Assembly (NCBI GenBank): GCA_002340345.1
Contig: DDLW01000078.1
Coordinates: 1-43,269, forward strand
DNA length: 43,269 nucleotides
Source: Alphaproteobacteria bacterium UBA2562
Lineage (GTDB): Bacteria > Pseudomonadota > Alphaproteobacteria > UBA2562
Direction: 5' to 3'
A program made the translations under genes and the position numbers. The stretch's first letter is position 1. The number at the start of each line of letters is the position of its first letter. Below the pieces are notes generated by a model that did no database searches, was not told the origin of the DNA, and saw nothing but the letters and a program-made list of their open reading frames with translations. Of this stretch, positions 9,109 through 20,009 are shown piece by piece.

Positions 9109-10605
9109 TTATGCGCTATCGGGAGTGTCTGAGGCCTCTATTGTCTCACTGTTTTTTGTGGGTGTGTTCTGATCTTCTTCTTTTGCTTTTGCTTCTTTCT
9201 CTTTACTTGCAGCTTTTGCAGCGCGATCTGACTGTGTGACCCCCAAAAGTTTAAGTTTTCGATGGAGGGCAGATCGTTCCATGCCGACGAAAGACGCTGT
9301 TTTAGAAATATTGCCGCCAAATCTTGTGACTTGTGCCAAAAGATATTCGCGTTCAAAAAGTTCGCGTGCTTCTCTTAAAGGAAGAGACATGATTTCTCCC
9401 CCCCACTCAGCTTGTAAAACCGCAGGTCCATCACCGGTGATTTCTGGTGGCAGCATATCTGCGCGCACAGATCCTTGATGGTCCGCAGGCATCATGATCA
9501 AAAGCCAATCCATCGCATTTTTTAGCTGGCGCACATTGCCTGGCCAATCATAGGCTTGGAGCGAGGCAATGGCATCATCTCCAAGCGAGGGGGAGGTTTG
9601 GCCTGCGTTCTCAGCAGCTTTTTCTAGAAAATATTTAGCGAGTACAGGAATATCATCTCGCCTTTCTTTCAAGCCGGGGATTGTTAAAGGCACGACATTT
9701 AAACGGTAATAGAGATCTTCGCGAAAGGCACCGGCTTCAATAACCGCTTTAAGGTCCCTATTTGTTGACGCGATAATACGAACATCCACTTGGATTTTAT
9801 CGGTCCCGCCAACACGGTGAAAAGCATTTTCCTGTAGAACACGCACAAGTTTGCTTTGAACAGAGGCCGGCATGCCACCGACTTCATCTAAAAGCAGCGT
9901 ACCACCATGGGCTTTTTCCAAAGCCCCCACTTGCCTTGGCCCTGCCTCCGCACTTCCTGGCTCCGTGCCAAAAAGCTCACATTCAAGCCCCTCAGCATCA
10001 ACACAAGAACAAGCAATAGCAATGAAAGGCCGCATATTACGGCGTGATTGCGTATGCAGTAAGCGTGCAACAACTTCTTTACCCGTCCCAGGGCCGCCCG
10101 TGATCAGAACCCTTGAGCCTGTCATTGCAACTTTTTCAACTTGTTGGCGCACCTGGTTCATGCCAGAAGACACACCAATGAGATCGTCATCATGGCCGGC
10201 TTTTGATTTGAGTTCTTTATTTTCTTGACGTAATTGTGCAGCTTCGATCGCGCGGGAGATAATGAGCAGCAAGCGATCTGATTTAAAAGGTTTTTCAACA
10301 AAATCATAGGCACCATCTTGAATAGCCGCAACAGCCATTTCAATGGTGCCATGCCCTGAGATCATCACGACGGGTATCTCTGGATGTTCAAGATGGATTT
10401 GCTTCAAGATCTCTTGGCCATCCATACGGCTTCCTTGGAGCCAGACGTCTAGAACAATTAAGGCCGGCATTCTTGCGCGAACCTGTTCTAGAGCTTCATC
10501 ACTATTTCCCGCTTCGCGGGTTTGATAGCCTTCATCTTCCAAAATGCCACTTATGAGCATTCGGATGTCTGCTTCATCATCGACAATTAAAATGTCATGC
10601 GCCAT
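9109..10605 (-). CDS. ntrX: Two-component response regulator NtrX (receiver + AAA+ + Fis-type HTH)
   Basis: Receiver domain (ILIVDDEADIR...LDVWL), Walker A (GGPGTGKE), and a C-terminal HTH (NISKTASFVGMERSALHRKLK). Lies immediately downstream of ntrY. The position aligned with GAFTGA reads GSAEAG. Start is ATG 10605; GTG 10632 is an alternative. Confidence 0.88.
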   Translation of the reverse strand: MAHDILIVDDEADIRMLISGILEDEGYQTREAGNSDEALEQVRARMPALIVLDVWLQGSRMDGQEILKQIHLEHPEIPVVMISGHGTIEMAVAAIQDGAYDFVEKPFKSDRLLLIISRAIEAAQLRQENKELKSKAGHDDDLIGVSSGMNQVRQQVEKVAMTGSRVLITGGPGTGKEVVARLLHTQSRRNMRPFIAIACSCVDAEGLECELFGTEPGSAEAGPRQVGALEKAHGGTLLLDEVGGMPASVQSKLVRVLQENAFHRVGGTDKIQVDVRIIASTNRDLKAVIEAGAFREDLYYRLNVVPLTIPGLKERRDDIPVLAKYFLEKAAENAGQTSPSLGDDAIASLQAYDWPGNVRQLKNAMDWLLIMMPADHQGSVRADMLPPEITGDGPAVLQAEWGGEIMSLPLREARELFEREYLLAQVTRFGGNISKTASFVGMERSALHRKLKLLGVTQSDRAAKAASKEKEAKAKEEDQNTPTKNSETIEASDTPDSA

Positions 10606-10634
10606 CGTGTCTCGTGCCGTCTCAGCTAACACTG

Positions 10635-12881
10635 TCAGTTGGAATCTTTTGGAAAGGACTGTTGATCATGACCTTCAGCCTCCTCCAGGATCGGTGTTTG
10701 TTGAGGAAAATGCAAAGTCACTTCTGCACCGCCCTCTGGTCTATCTGCTAAAAGAATTTTGCCACCATGATCTTCCATGATCTTTTTCACGATTGCTAGT
10801 CCTAAACCTGTGCCTTTTGCTCTTGTTGTCACATAAGGCTCGGTCAAATTCTCCCGCCCCTCTTTAGGCAGTCCGCGACCATTATCTTGAATGACCACAT
10901 CGAGGCTCGACTCTGTTTGAGAAAGCCTTACCAGAATCTTGCCGCGCGGCAAAGGCTTCTCATCACTTAAAGGACGTCCTTCTATCGCATCATAAGCATT
11001 TTGCAGCAAATTTGTTAAGGCTTGACCTAATTGACGTGAGTCGCAGCGAAAAGAAATTTTATCCTCAGGAAAGAAAGTTTCATAAGAAACATCAGGACGT
11101 GCTGTTTTTTGTAAGAAGACGGCTTGTCGACATAAATCAACAATGTCTTCCTGTCTTAGCGTTGGTGCTGGCATACGGGCAAAAGAAGAAAACTCATCGA
11201 CCATTTTGCCAATATCGCCCACTTGCCGAACAATTGTGTCTGTGCAGGTTTTAAATGTCTCGGGGTCTGAATGAATTTCTTTCAAGTATTTACGTTTTAA
11301 TCTTTCGGCAGAGAGCTGAATCGGTGTGAGTGGATTTTTTATTTCATGAGCGATACGACGGGCAACATCTGCCCAGGCTGCCGTGCGTTGCGCTGCCATA
11401 AGTTCGGTAATGTCATTAAAAGTGACAACAAAGCCATCAATAACACCTTGGTCTTGCTCAGCTGTAATTTTGACAAGTAAAGTACATCGACGCCCATTTC
11501 GTTCAAGTTTAATTTGGGTTTCGGGTGTTTTATCTGGGCGCCTACGAACAAGATCTAAGCTTTCAGCAAGATCGGGGAAGAGATCCAGAATATTACGTGA
11601 ATTAAATTCACTTTCAAGAGCTTCAAAAAACTCTAAAGCAAAACGGTTGCTTAATTCAATCTGACCCTGTTGATCAAGACCAATGACCCCAACAGACACC
11701 CCGCCTAAGACGGCTTCGATAAATCTACGTCTTTGGTCAATTTGACGATTGGCTTCTATCAATTCCCGCTGTTGCACATCTAATTGCTGAGTCATTTGGT
11801 TGAAGGTTCGAGACAGATGGCCAAGCTCATCGCTGCCCCTATGCACCGTAACACGTGCTTGCAAATTCCCCTTTGCAACCTCTTGGGTGGCTTGAATCAA
11901 GTCTGAAACGGGGCGAATGAGTTTCGTTGCAAAAGAAAGCCCGAACCAGACAGCCGCAAAGAGCAGTAAAAGAGACACGACCGCATAAACGGCGCCAAAG
12001 GCCAATTGTAACCCAGAGCGCTCCAGTTCAAGAGCTTCATATTGAGAAACGGCCCCTCTTGTTCTTTCAATATGGTTCACAACCCTTAAATCAACAAGGC
12101 GACCAACATAAAGATACGTATCTTGAAAACGATCAAGTTTTAGCAAGGCACGAATACGGTCATCATTTTCATCCGTCATAACCGCAATATTGCCTTTACG
12201 GGCTGTCTCCATCGCCCATTGTGGAATTTCAGCAGGTTGGAAACCAAGAATATAGGCAAAGCCCGTACGAGCGAGCACTTTACCAGATTCTTGAAAAACC
12301 ATCGCTTCGGTTAAGTTCCGCAATCTCGCTTGCCCGGCCAAGAATTTACCAAAATGCTCAGGATTATCGCGCATAATCCAGCCATCACGACCAAGCTCCA
12401 CCGCCATAACCAACATATCCGCACGAATATTTTGGCGGTGTTCTTCTAAATAAGCCTTTGCGGCGGCCATAGATTCTGTCAGCGCTGTTTTGACTTTGTC
12501 TTTAAACCAAGATTCAACAGCAATATTGAGAAAAACAATTGAAAATAAAGCAACAAAAATGGCAGGCGTAATCGCAACAATACTAAACATAAAAACAAGG
12601 CGAACATGGAGTCTTGATCCCGCAGCACCTATGCGGTGTTGACTCCACAGCCTGACAATCCGACGTGCGACAACGGCTCCTAGCAACAAAAGAATCGCAA
12701 AGTCAATGTAAAGTATAAAGAGGACATTCTGGGGATCAGGACCAAGCGGCGGAGATCCTGTTAAAATAATATAAGTGGCTGCCCCAGCAACAAGCGCTAA
12801 AAGGACCAGTCCAATCGCAAGTTTGCGGCTGATTTCAAAACGATGCCAAAAATAGCGCAGTTTTCGACGGCTGAGGGGCAA
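10635..12881 (-). CDS. ntrY: Sensor histidine kinase NtrY (multi-TM, HAMP, PAS, HisKA, HATPase)
   Basis: N-terminal TM helices, a HAMP region, H-box HEIKNPLTPIQLSAERL, N-box LLQNAYDA and G-boxes. The start is TTG at 12881, preceded by a strong SD (AAGAGGAGG) about 7 nt upstream. There is no in-frame ATG nearby. Confidence 0.9.
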   Translation of the reverse strand: MPLSRRKLRYFWHRFEISRKLAIGLVLLALVAGAATYIILTGSPPLGPDPQNVLFILYIDFAILLLLGAVVARRIVRLWSQHRIGAAGSRLHVRLVFMFSIVAITPAIFVALFSIVFLNIAVESWFKDKVKTALTESMAAAKAYLEEHRQNIRADMLVMAVELGRDGWIMRDNPEHFGKFLAGQARLRNLTEAMVFQESGKVLARTGFAYILGFQPAEIPQWAMETARKGNIAVMTDENDDRIRALLKLDRFQDTYLYVGRLVDLRVVNHIERTRGAVSQYEALELERSGLQLAFGAVYAVVSLLLLFAAVWFGLSFATKLIRPVSDLIQATQEVAKGNLQARVTVHRGSDELGHLSRTFNQMTQQLDVQQRELIEANRQIDQRRRFIEAVLGGVSVGVIGLDQQGQIELSNRFALEFFEALESEFNSRNILDLFPDLAESLDLVRRRPDKTPETQIKLERNGRRCTLLVKITAEQDQGVIDGFVVTFNDITELMAAQRTAAWADVARRIAHEIKNPLTPIQLSAERLKRKYLKEIHSDPETFKTCTDTIVRQVGDIGKMVDEFSSFARMPAPTLRQEDIVDLCRQAVFLQKTARPDVSYETFFPEDKISFRCDSRQLGQALTNLLQNAYDAIEGRPLSDEKPLPRGKILVRLSQTESSLDVVIQDNGRGLPKEGRENLTEPYVTTRAKGTGLGLAIVKKIMEDHGGKILLADRPEGGAEVTLHFPQQTPILEEAEGHDQQSFPKDSN

Positions 12882-12963
12882 AGCAGCCCTCCTCTTTTAT
12901 CAATCGCGATTAAGAAAAAAGGCCCACAATAAACTGATTTTACGGGGCCTTATAGAATAGTGC

Positions 12964-14406
12964 TTATTTCATACCGCGTATCACTTGAATATCAAGTTCT
13001 CTAATTTTTTTGCGCAATGTGTTTCTATTTAACCCTAAAAGCTGTGCTGCCCGTATTTGATTTCCCCGTGTCGCTGTCAGACACATGCTAATCAGCGGCC
13101 TTTCAACCTCTTGTAAGACACGATCATAAAGCCCCGCAGCGGGTAAACTATCACGATGCGCGGCAAAATAATCTCGTAATTGACGCTCAACGGCCTGGCC
13201 TAAACTTTCTGCGCGGGGTGAGACTTCCACTTCAGGTCTTGGACTGACTTCTGCGAGTTCAATTTCGATGACATCAACACCAATGACTTCTTGGGCATAA
13301 AGGGCTGCTAATCGACGCACTAAATTTTCTAATTCGCGAACATTCCCTTGCCAGTGATGTTGCTTTAATCTTTCGATGGCAGGCTTGTCTAAACTTTTGA
13401 TGGGCAAGCCTTCTTCACCGCATTGGGCTAAGAAATGTCTTATGAGCTCTGGGATATCTTCGCTTCTTTCTCTTAAAGGCGGCAGCCTTATGGGAACAAC
13501 ATTGAGCCTATAATACAGATCTTCCCGGAAGAGGCCTTGGCGAATCAATTGTTGCAGATCCCTGTGGGTTGCGGCAACAATTCTCACATCAGCGCGAATA
13601 GGAATCCTTCCGCCGACCGTTGTATATTCACCTTCTTGGAGCACCCGAAGAAGGCGCGTCTGTGCCTCCATGGGCATGTCACCGATTTCATCCAGAAATA
13701 AAGTCCCGCCAGCAGCCTGCTCAAAACGTCCCGTTGATCTTTGGGTGGCCCCTGTGAAGGCGCCTTTTTCATGCCCGAAAAGTTCACTTTCGATCAGTTC
13801 TCGTGGAATCGCTGCCATATTGACAGCCACAAAAGGCCCATTGCGTCTTTTCCCATAGTTATGCAAGGCGCGAGCAACGAGCTCCTTGCCTGTGCCGCTC
13901 TCTCCTGTGACCATGACGGTTAAGTCTGTTCCCATGAGACGCGCAAGAACACGATAAATCTCCTGCATTGCCGGAGAACGACCGATAAGAGGAAGTTGAT
14001 CTTCATCTTCCTCCTCTTGAACACTCACAGCCCGTTTCGGTTCTTTGAGAGCCCTGGAAACAGCACCCACCAAATCATTCAGATCAAACGGCTTTGGAAT
14101 ATAATCAAAAGCACCGCGTTCGGTGGCTTTCACAGCCGTAATAAGCGTGTTATGTGCACTCATAACAATGACACGCATGTCGGGTCGTATTTTCTTGATG
14201 CGTGGGATTAAGTCTAAGCCATTCTCATCTGGCATCACCACATCTGTGATCACAAGATCTCCAGCGCCATCGGCAACCCACCGCCAAAGTGTTGCCGCAT
14301 GCCCTGTTGTTCTCACCTCATAGCCGAGCCGCCCTAAAGCCTGATTCAGCACAGTTCTGATGGCTCTGTCGTCATCAGCGACCAGAATTGTTGAACCATC
14401 ACTCAT
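12964..14406 (-). CDS. ntrC: Nitrogen regulation protein NR(I), sigma-54-dependent response regulator NtrC
   Basis: Receiver domain (ILVADDD), Walker A GESGTGKE, an intact GAFTGA motif (HEKGAFTGA), and a C-terminal Fis-type HTH ([20 protein letters not shown]). Confidence 0.92.
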   Translation of the reverse strand: MSDGSTILVADDDRAIRTVLNQALGRLGYEVRTTGHAATLWRWVADGAGDLVITDVVMPDENGLDLIPRIKKIRPDMRVIVMSAHNTLITAVKATERGAFDYIPKPFDLNDLVGAVSRALKEPKRAVSVQEEEDEDQLPLIGRSPAMQEIYRVLARLMGTDLTVMVTGESGTGKELVARALHNYGKRRNGPFVAVNMAAIPRELIESELFGHEKGAFTGATQRSTGRFEQAAGGTLFLDEIGDMPMEAQTRLLRVLQEGEYTTVGGRIPIRADVRIVAATHRDLQQLIRQGLFREDLYYRLNVVPIRLPPLRERSEDIPELIRHFLAQCGEEGLPIKSLDKPAIERLKQHHWQGNVRELENLVRRLAALYAQEVIGVDVIEIELAEVSPRPEVEVSPRAESLGQAVERQLRDYFAAHRDSLPAAGLYDRVLQEVERPLISMCLTATRGNQIRAAQLLGLNRNTLRKKIRELDIQVIRGMK

Positions 14407-14475
14407 TGATCATCTCCGTGTCTGGGCAGGCTTAAGCCTTAAAAAATAAGGAAAGGGGGATTTGAAAACTGAAAC

Positions 14476-15627
14476 TCACAAAGAGCGCGGTCTTTGATCC
14501 TTCATCCATGTCGGAGTCTCAGGAAAGGTTTCACACATGGGCAGCATCACACGAAATTGCGTTCGCTTTGGTTCGCTATCAAATTCTATGACACCGCCAT
14601 GATCACTGACAACTTTTGCCACAAGTGCCAACCCCAAACCTTTCCCGCTTGGTTTGCTGGTCACAAAGGGATCAAACAAATGTTGGCGAATATCTTCCGG
14701 CACACCGGGACCATTGTCTCGAATCCCAACAACAAGCGGTAAATGGATTGTGCTATTTGTGCCGGGCACGGTCAGTTTCACACCATGTTGATAAGAGGTT
14801 GATAAGACAATTTCTCCGCCCTCTTTCGGCGCGGCCTCGCAAGCGTTTTTGACAAGATTGAGAAACATTTGCACGAGAAGATCGCGATTGCCATGAATAG
14901 GCGGCAGAGACGGATCATAATGTTCAACAATACGCAGGTTTTTTCCGACGCCATTTTCAACCAATTTGCGAACATGATCTAAAATGACATGGATATTAAT
15001 CGCTTCCCGGTGAATGGGGCGGTTGTCAGAGAAAACATCCATAGAATTCACAAGAGCCGTAATGCGATCTGTCTCATCACAGATCAGCCGTGTCAATTGC
15101 TTATCCTCGCTATTGATGCCATGCTCTAACAGCTGGGCAGCGCCTCTTATGCCAGACAAAGGATTCTTAACTTCATGGGCCAACATCATCGCCATAGCTG
15201 TCACAGATCGGCCTGCATTTCGATGGCTCATTTGTTGTCCCATTTTTCTTGCCAGCGATTGCTCTTGTAAATAAAGGACAATGAGATCAGAATCATCGTG
15301 GGACGGGCCAACTTCCACGACAAGAAAACGCGATCCGGTGCGCGGTGTGGACAATGTAAAGCCATATTCCGCAACACTCGTTCCGGTCTGGCGGGCTTGC
15401 TGAACCAAAGAAAAAAGAGGACTATCTGAGGGGATAAGATCTGAAAGATTGTGCCCTTGAATAACAGCATTTGAGATTTGAAAGAACAGTTCTGCTGCTT
15501 GGTTCAAAAAGACCAAACAATCCTTCGCATCAATCGCCAAAACGGGGCTTGGTAAGGCATTGAGAATAGCTAGATTTTGTTGTGTGCTATTTTTTTGCTT
15601 AGGAAACTGAGTCATCGTATTGGACAT
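14476..15627 (-). CDS. ntrB: Nitrogen regulation sensor histidine kinase NtrB (NR-II)
   Basis: PAS-like N-terminus, H-box AHEVKNPLSGIRGAAQLL, N-box NLVKNACEA, and a G-box. The gene starts 3 nt after the dusB stop. Confidence 0.9.
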   Translation of the reverse strand: MSNTMTQFPKQKNSTQQNLAILNALPSPVLAIDAKDCLVFLNQAAELFFQISNAVIQGHNLSDLIPSDSPLFSLVQQARQTGTSVAEYGFTLSTPRTGSRFLVVEVGPSHDDSDLIVLYLQEQSLARKMGQQMSHRNAGRSVTAMAMMLAHEVKNPLSGIRGAAQLLEHGINSEDKQLTRLICDETDRITALVNSMDVFSDNRPIHREAINIHVILDHVRKLVENGVGKNLRIVEHYDPSLPPIHGNRDLLVQMFLNLVKNACEAAPKEGGEIVLSTSYQHGVKLTVPGTNSTIHLPLVVGIRDNGPGVPEDIRQHLFDPFVTSKPSGKGLGLALVAKVVSDHGGVIEFDSEPKRTQFRVMLPMCETFPETPTWMKDQRPRSL

Positions 15628-15630
15628 AAC

Positions 15631-16638
15631 TTAAGCGGCTGCCTTATCCAAAAGAGTATTGAAATAATGCGTTATTTTTGCGTCTACGATTTTTGGATCT
15701 GTTGTTAGAAAAATATCTTCTTTGAGGGAGGCTGCTGATGGAAGGCCGTGGAGAGACCAACCCATATGTTTGCGGGCAATCTTGCAACCTTTCTCTGTAC
15801 CATAAAAAGACAGCATCATATGATAGTGGTCTTTAATAAGGTGATATCTTTCTTCAAGGCTTGGGGATGGAATCACAGTCCGATCTTTCAGAAAAGCCAT
15901 TAATTGCGCTGGAAACCAGGGTTTTCCATAACAGCCTCGGCCAACCATAATCCCATCGGCTTTCGAAATCTTAAGGCAGGACACAGCATCTTCGATTGTG
16001 CGAATATCCCCATTCGCGATCACAGGGATTGTCACGGCCTCTTTGACCTTTGCAATCGCTTTCCAATCTGCGGTTCCTTGATAAAGCTGTGCACGACTGC
16101 GACCATGTACAGTGATCATTTGCGCCCCAGCCTTTTCTGCTAAAGCGGCAATGGTGGGGGCATTCAAAGAGTCTTCATCCCAGCCTAAGCGCATTTTCAC
16201 CGTGACAGGCACATCCACGGCTTTAACAACAGTGTCAATAATACTGGCGGCCAGCTTTTCATCTTTCATAAGCGCAGCGCCAGCCAATTGTTTGCCAGCA
16301 ACTTTTTTGACGGGGCACCCAAAGTTTAAGTCAATGGCAACCGGGCCTCTTTCCTGATTGCGTTTTGCGGCTTCAGCCATTTGCGCAGGGTCTCTCCCCG
16401 CCAATTGAATACTGGTTGGTCCTTCCTCTGCACAATCTGTTTCCAGTCGTAAACAGCGTGACTTTATTTTTTGCTGGTGCGATGTGTGACATACCATAGC
16501 GCTTGCCACCATTTCTGTTACAGCAAGATCAACACCGAAGCGTCTCACTTGCTGACGAAAGGGAAAATCTGTGACCCCAGCCATCGGTGCTAAGATCACA
16601 GGGTTTTCAAAGACAGAGCGTTGCAATGCAAAAGCCAT
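15631..16638 (-). CDS. dusB: tRNA-dihydrouridine synthase B (NifR3 family), first gene of the dusB-ntrB-ntrC operon
   Basis: [20 protein letters not shown] and ITVHGR motifs, in the classical nifR3-ntrB-ntrC arrangement. I prefer the ATG at 16638 (MAFALQ...). The ORF extends to ATG 16752, which would add 38 atypical residues. Confidence 0.88.
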   Translation of the reverse strand: MAFALQRSVFENPVILAPMAGVTDFPFRQQVRRFGVDLAVTEMVASAMVCHTSHQQKIKSRCLRLETDCAEEGPTSIQLAGRDPAQMAEAAKRNQERGPVAIDLNFGCPVKKVAGKQLAGAALMKDEKLAASIIDTVVKAVDVPVTVKMRLGWDEDSLNAPTIAALAEKAGAQMITVHGRSRAQLYQGTADWKAIAKVKEAVTIPVIANGDIRTIEDAVSCLKISKADGIMVGRGCYGKPWFPAQLMAFLKDRTVIPSPSLEERYHLIKDHYHMMLSFYGTEKGCKIARKHMGWSLHGLPSAASLKEDIFLTTDPKIVDAKITHYFNTLLDKAAA

Positions 16639-16854
16639 TACCAGTCTCAGTTTGCCTGAAAATAAAACAGAATGCCTAGATTTTGGGCAAGGTTGCTCGG
16701 CACTGTAAGGCTCTTGCCGTCTCTTTGCAAGCGTTAGAGCGCTTAACATCACCTGGCAAACAAAGAAAGGGGTTTTCAGAGGACAAGCCTGAGGTCGGGG
16801 CTCAACATTTAAGTCTACAAAAAATGATATGGCGCGAGAAAATAAAAACTTCCT

Positions 16855-17793
16855 CTATGATAAAATAATATCGGTCACGAATTTCACGCCTGGAAAGCCT
16901 AAAGTCAGAAAAAGATATGCTAATAAAACAAATCTTGCTGCTTTCCGGCCTCGAATACCGGCCCAAAGATGGGCAATTAAAAGAATTGCGATAACGCCAA
17001 AGGTCACAAAAGAGAATAATACTTTATGGGAGACTTCTATCCATTTCCCGTAAGCTTCATATTCTAAAGCCATACCAGTTAAAAGACCGAGCCCTAAAAG
17101 AATTTCTGACATCGCAAGTAAAAACAGCTGGTAACGTTGTCCATCTGCAACAGAGGGAAGACATCTTAAAAAAGATCCTGTCTGTTTTCTTTTAAGACCT
17201 CTTTCGCGTAAGAAAACCGCAAGACCAGAGACCGCCGAAAGTGTTAGAAGAGCATATGTCATAACAGAAAGAACAATATGGATCGCCATCCAGAATTGTA
17301 CATGCGTAACAGCTGCGGATATTGGTCGTAACGTCCCAAGGATAAGAGCGAAAAGGGCCAGAAGAAATAAATAAGGGGCTAATAAAGTCGATAATCGCCA
17401 GCCTTCACCGCTCAGCATGCTAAAAATGAAAAACATAATCAAACAAGTTGCAATTGTGACCCATAAGGTCAGCGATAATCCCATTTGCCAAGGTGTTAGA
17501 AGAAGATGGCCAGCCATAAGGCCACATCCCAAAATTGCAAGAAAGAGCCAAAGCCAAAAATGACCGACGCGTTCACGCACAATAAAACCTGGGAATATTT
17601 TCTCTAAACCTAAAAACTGTCCTGAAAGTCCGGTTGTTTCCCCTTGCTGTTCACAAGGTTTTTTGCCGAAAGGTTGGAATTTACACCATCTCGAGCATGT
17701 TTCTCCCCATAAACCGGTTTGGCAAAAAGACCAAAACAATAATGGCAAGAGACTCAAAAGAGCAAAGCTTCCAAAAAGTGGGTTATTTTGCAT
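16855..17793 (-). CDS. YpjD-like cytochrome c assembly family (CcsA/CcmC-related) inner-membrane protein with an atypical Cys-rich insertion after TM1
   Basis: The C-terminal two thirds aligns by eye with E. coli YpjD (HIVLSVMTYALL...; ...HKVLFSFVTFGVIAILLIAHLWAGIRGRKAARF...LGFPGVKFV). It is a polytopic membrane protein. Confidence 0.65.
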   Translation of the reverse strand: MQNNPLFGSFALLSLLPLLFWSFCQTGLWGETCSRWCKFQPFGKKPCEQQGETTGLSGQFLGLEKIFPGFIVRERVGHFWLWLFLAILGCGLMAGHLLLTPWQMGLSLTLWVTIATCLIMFFIFSMLSGEGWRLSTLLAPYLFLLALFALILGTLRPISAAVTHVQFWMAIHIVLSVMTYALLTLSAVSGLAVFLRERGLKRKQTGSFLRCLPSVADGQRYQLFLLAMSEILLGLGLLTGMALEYEAYGKWIEVSHKVLFSFVTFGVIAILLIAHLWAGIRGRKAARFVLLAYLFLTLGFPGVKFVTDIILS

Positions 17794-18124
17794 TGATGAA
17801 AGAGCTCCTCGTCCATCTCATAGCCATCGTGAGATATTTTTTGCCAGTTACAAAATTTGATATTTTGGGAATATTTCCATTGTAGACAAATTACGTTTTT
17901 CTAATGATCACAATATTACTCTTTTTCTGCATGTTAAACTCAAATCTTATTTTTAAAATCCAGGCGAGGGAAAAAAATATTCCTAAAGTCGATTGCCTGC
18001 CTTCTGTGCTTCTATGACAATAACCCGTAAAAAGATCTTGCTTGGCAAGGCCTCATGGCTTCACTAATTTGCGCTGCTATGTATAAAAAGTCCCATGAGA
18101 TCACAATCCTTCAGGAGCATTCAG

Positions 18125-19348
18125 ATGGGTGGAATTGTTGCACTTTTAGTTGCCGCAGGACGCGGGCGGCGTTTTGGCGCTGACTTACCAAAGCAATATC
18201 ATACCCTAAAAGGCCAAGCTGTCCTAAGACATACCGCGCAAGCTTTTCTGAAACATCCTGAGATTTCAGCTGTCCGAGTCGTTATTGGACCTGATGATCA
18301 AGCTTTTCATGACCTCGCCCTTGTCAATCTGCCGGTTCTTCCGCCCATTATTGGTGGGAAAACACGGCAAGAATCTGTTCGGTTGGGATTAGAAAGCTTT
18401 AAGACCGATTGTGCAGAAAAACATCCTGATATTGTTTTGATCCATGATGGCGCCCGGCCTTTGATTGACCAAGAGAGCATCAGCCGTGTTCTTGAGTCTG
18501 TCCGTTCTGGCCGACCTGCGATTGCTGCTATGCCGGTGGTCGACACTTTAAAGAAAGGCACGCCGTCTGAATCCTATGAAGAGATCCTATCAACAATTGA
18601 TCGCACCAGCCTCTGGCGTGCACAAACACCCCAAGGATTCTCTTACCAAGAGATCTTATCAGCACATCAAAAAGCCCTTCAAGAGAATCGCTCGGATCTC
18701 ACAGATGATGCGGCTGTCCTTGAAAATGCCGGTCAAAAAGTGTTCATGGTCCTTGGCCATGACCATAATATAAAAATTACAGCCCCTGCTGATCTGATCC
18801 GTGCTGATGAAATTTTGACTCTCCGCACCTTATCGCAAAAAACACAAGACGCGGCTCAACCCCTGTTTCGCTGTGGTAAAGGCTTTGACGTCCATGCTTT
18901 TGAAGCCGGGTCTTCTGTCCGTATTTGTGGTGTCGATATCCCCCATAGCCACAAGCTTTCTGGCCATTCAGATGCCGATGTTGCCATGCATGCGCTGACA
19001 GATGCTTTGCTCGGCGCCATCGCGGCTGGTGATATCGGAACCCATTTCCCCCCGAGCGATATGCGTTGGAAAGGTGCGGATTCCGAGCAATTTCTCCGTC
19101 ACGCGGCAGATCTTGTTTCTGTTCGCGGAGGACAAATCGTCAATATCGATCTCACCGTTATCTGTGAAAGACCTAAAATGGGACCGCATCGGCCAGCTAT
19201 GATTGCACGCTTAGCTGATATTTTAAATCTACGACCAGACCAAGTGTCCGTAAAAGCAACGACAACAGAGAAACTTGGCTTTACAGGTCGGCAAGAAGGC
19301 ATTGCCGCAGAGGCTGTCGTTAATATCCTTGTGATGGAATCGGTTTAA
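18125..19348 (+). CDS. ispDF: Bifunctional IspD/IspF (MEP cytidylyltransferase / MEcPP synthase)
   Basis: IspD motif [13 protein letters not shown] and IspF motifs GKGFDVHAF and [16 protein letters not shown]. This fused form is typical of alphaproteobacteria. The ATG at 18125 has AGGAG 7 nt upstream; the ATG at 18095 has no SD. Confidence 0.92.
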   Translation: MGGIVALLVAAGRGRRFGADLPKQYHTLKGQAVLRHTAQAFLKHPEISAVRVVIGPDDQAFHDLALVNLPVLPPIIGGKTRQESVRLGLESFKTDCAEKHPDIVLIHDGARPLIDQESISRVLESVRSGRPAIAAMPVVDTLKKGTPSESYEEILSTIDRTSLWRAQTPQGFSYQEILSAHQKALQENRSDLTDDAAVLENAGQKVFMVLGHDHNIKITAPADLIRADEILTLRTLSQKTQDAAQPLFRCGKGFDVHAFEAGSSVRICGVDIPHSHKLSGHSDADVAMHALTDALLGAIAAGDIGTHFPPSDMRWKGADSEQFLRHAADLVSVRGGQIVNIDLTVICERPKMGPHRPAMIARLADILNLRPDQVSVKATTTEKLGFTGRQEGIAAEAVVNILVMESV

Positions 19349-19362
19349 GGACGAGACTTTTC

Positions 19363-19926
19363 ATGGCTGAATTCAAGCCCCCCCTGAAAGAGACATCGTC
19401 CTTCTTTGAAAAGAATCGCTTTAAACGCGGCTTCAAAAGAAAAAAAGATCTCTCAAAACATCATCACGCCGCCCGTAAGCGCATGAGCGGTTTGTTGTCC
19501 CATTGGTTCGGTGTTGGTCTGATTCCGATCATGCCTGGAACGTGGGGATCAGCCGCCGCCCTGCCCTTTGTCTGGGCCATGACGCATTATGGAAGTGCTT
19601 GGGTCTTATGGTGCAGCATGGTGATACTCTCAGCGCTCGGCATATGGGCTGCTGGCCGCTATGCTTTAGCGATCGAGACCGATGATCCAAGCGAGGTTGT
19701 TATTGATGAGGTGGCTGGGCAATGGATCACATTCGCTCTTGTTCCACCCGTGACCCTTGAGCTTCTTCTCATTGGGTTCTTTCTTTTCCGGGTCTTTGAT
19801 ATCTGGAAACCTTGGCCTGTTCGGTGGGCCGATCGTCATATCCATGGTGGGCTTGGCATTATGTTGGATGACATATTGGCGGGAGTTTATGCATGTTTAG
19901 GCTTGTATCTTGTAACACTGTTTTGA
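19363..19926 (+). CDS. pgpA: Phosphatidylglycerophosphatase A
   Basis: WFGVGLIPIMPGTWGSAAALP, IDEVAGQW and DIWKPWP motifs. The basic N-terminal 40 aa is atypical, so an internal start at 19483 is possible. Confidence 0.85.
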   Translation: MAEFKPPLKETSSFFEKNRFKRGFKRKKDLSKHHHAARKRMSGLLSHWFGVGLIPIMPGTWGSAAALPFVWAMTHYGSAWVLWCSMVILSALGIWAAGRYALAIETDDPSEVVIDEVAGQWITFALVPPVTLELLLIGFFLFRVFDIWKPWPVRWADRHIHGGLGIMLDDILAGVYACLGLYLVTLF

Positions 19927-20009
19927 GTTTCAATCGAAAAGCGGATTTGAGGAAGGCGGTCCAAATGTGCACACCAGAAACTTTATTCAAAGATTCATTA
20001 TAGAAACAA

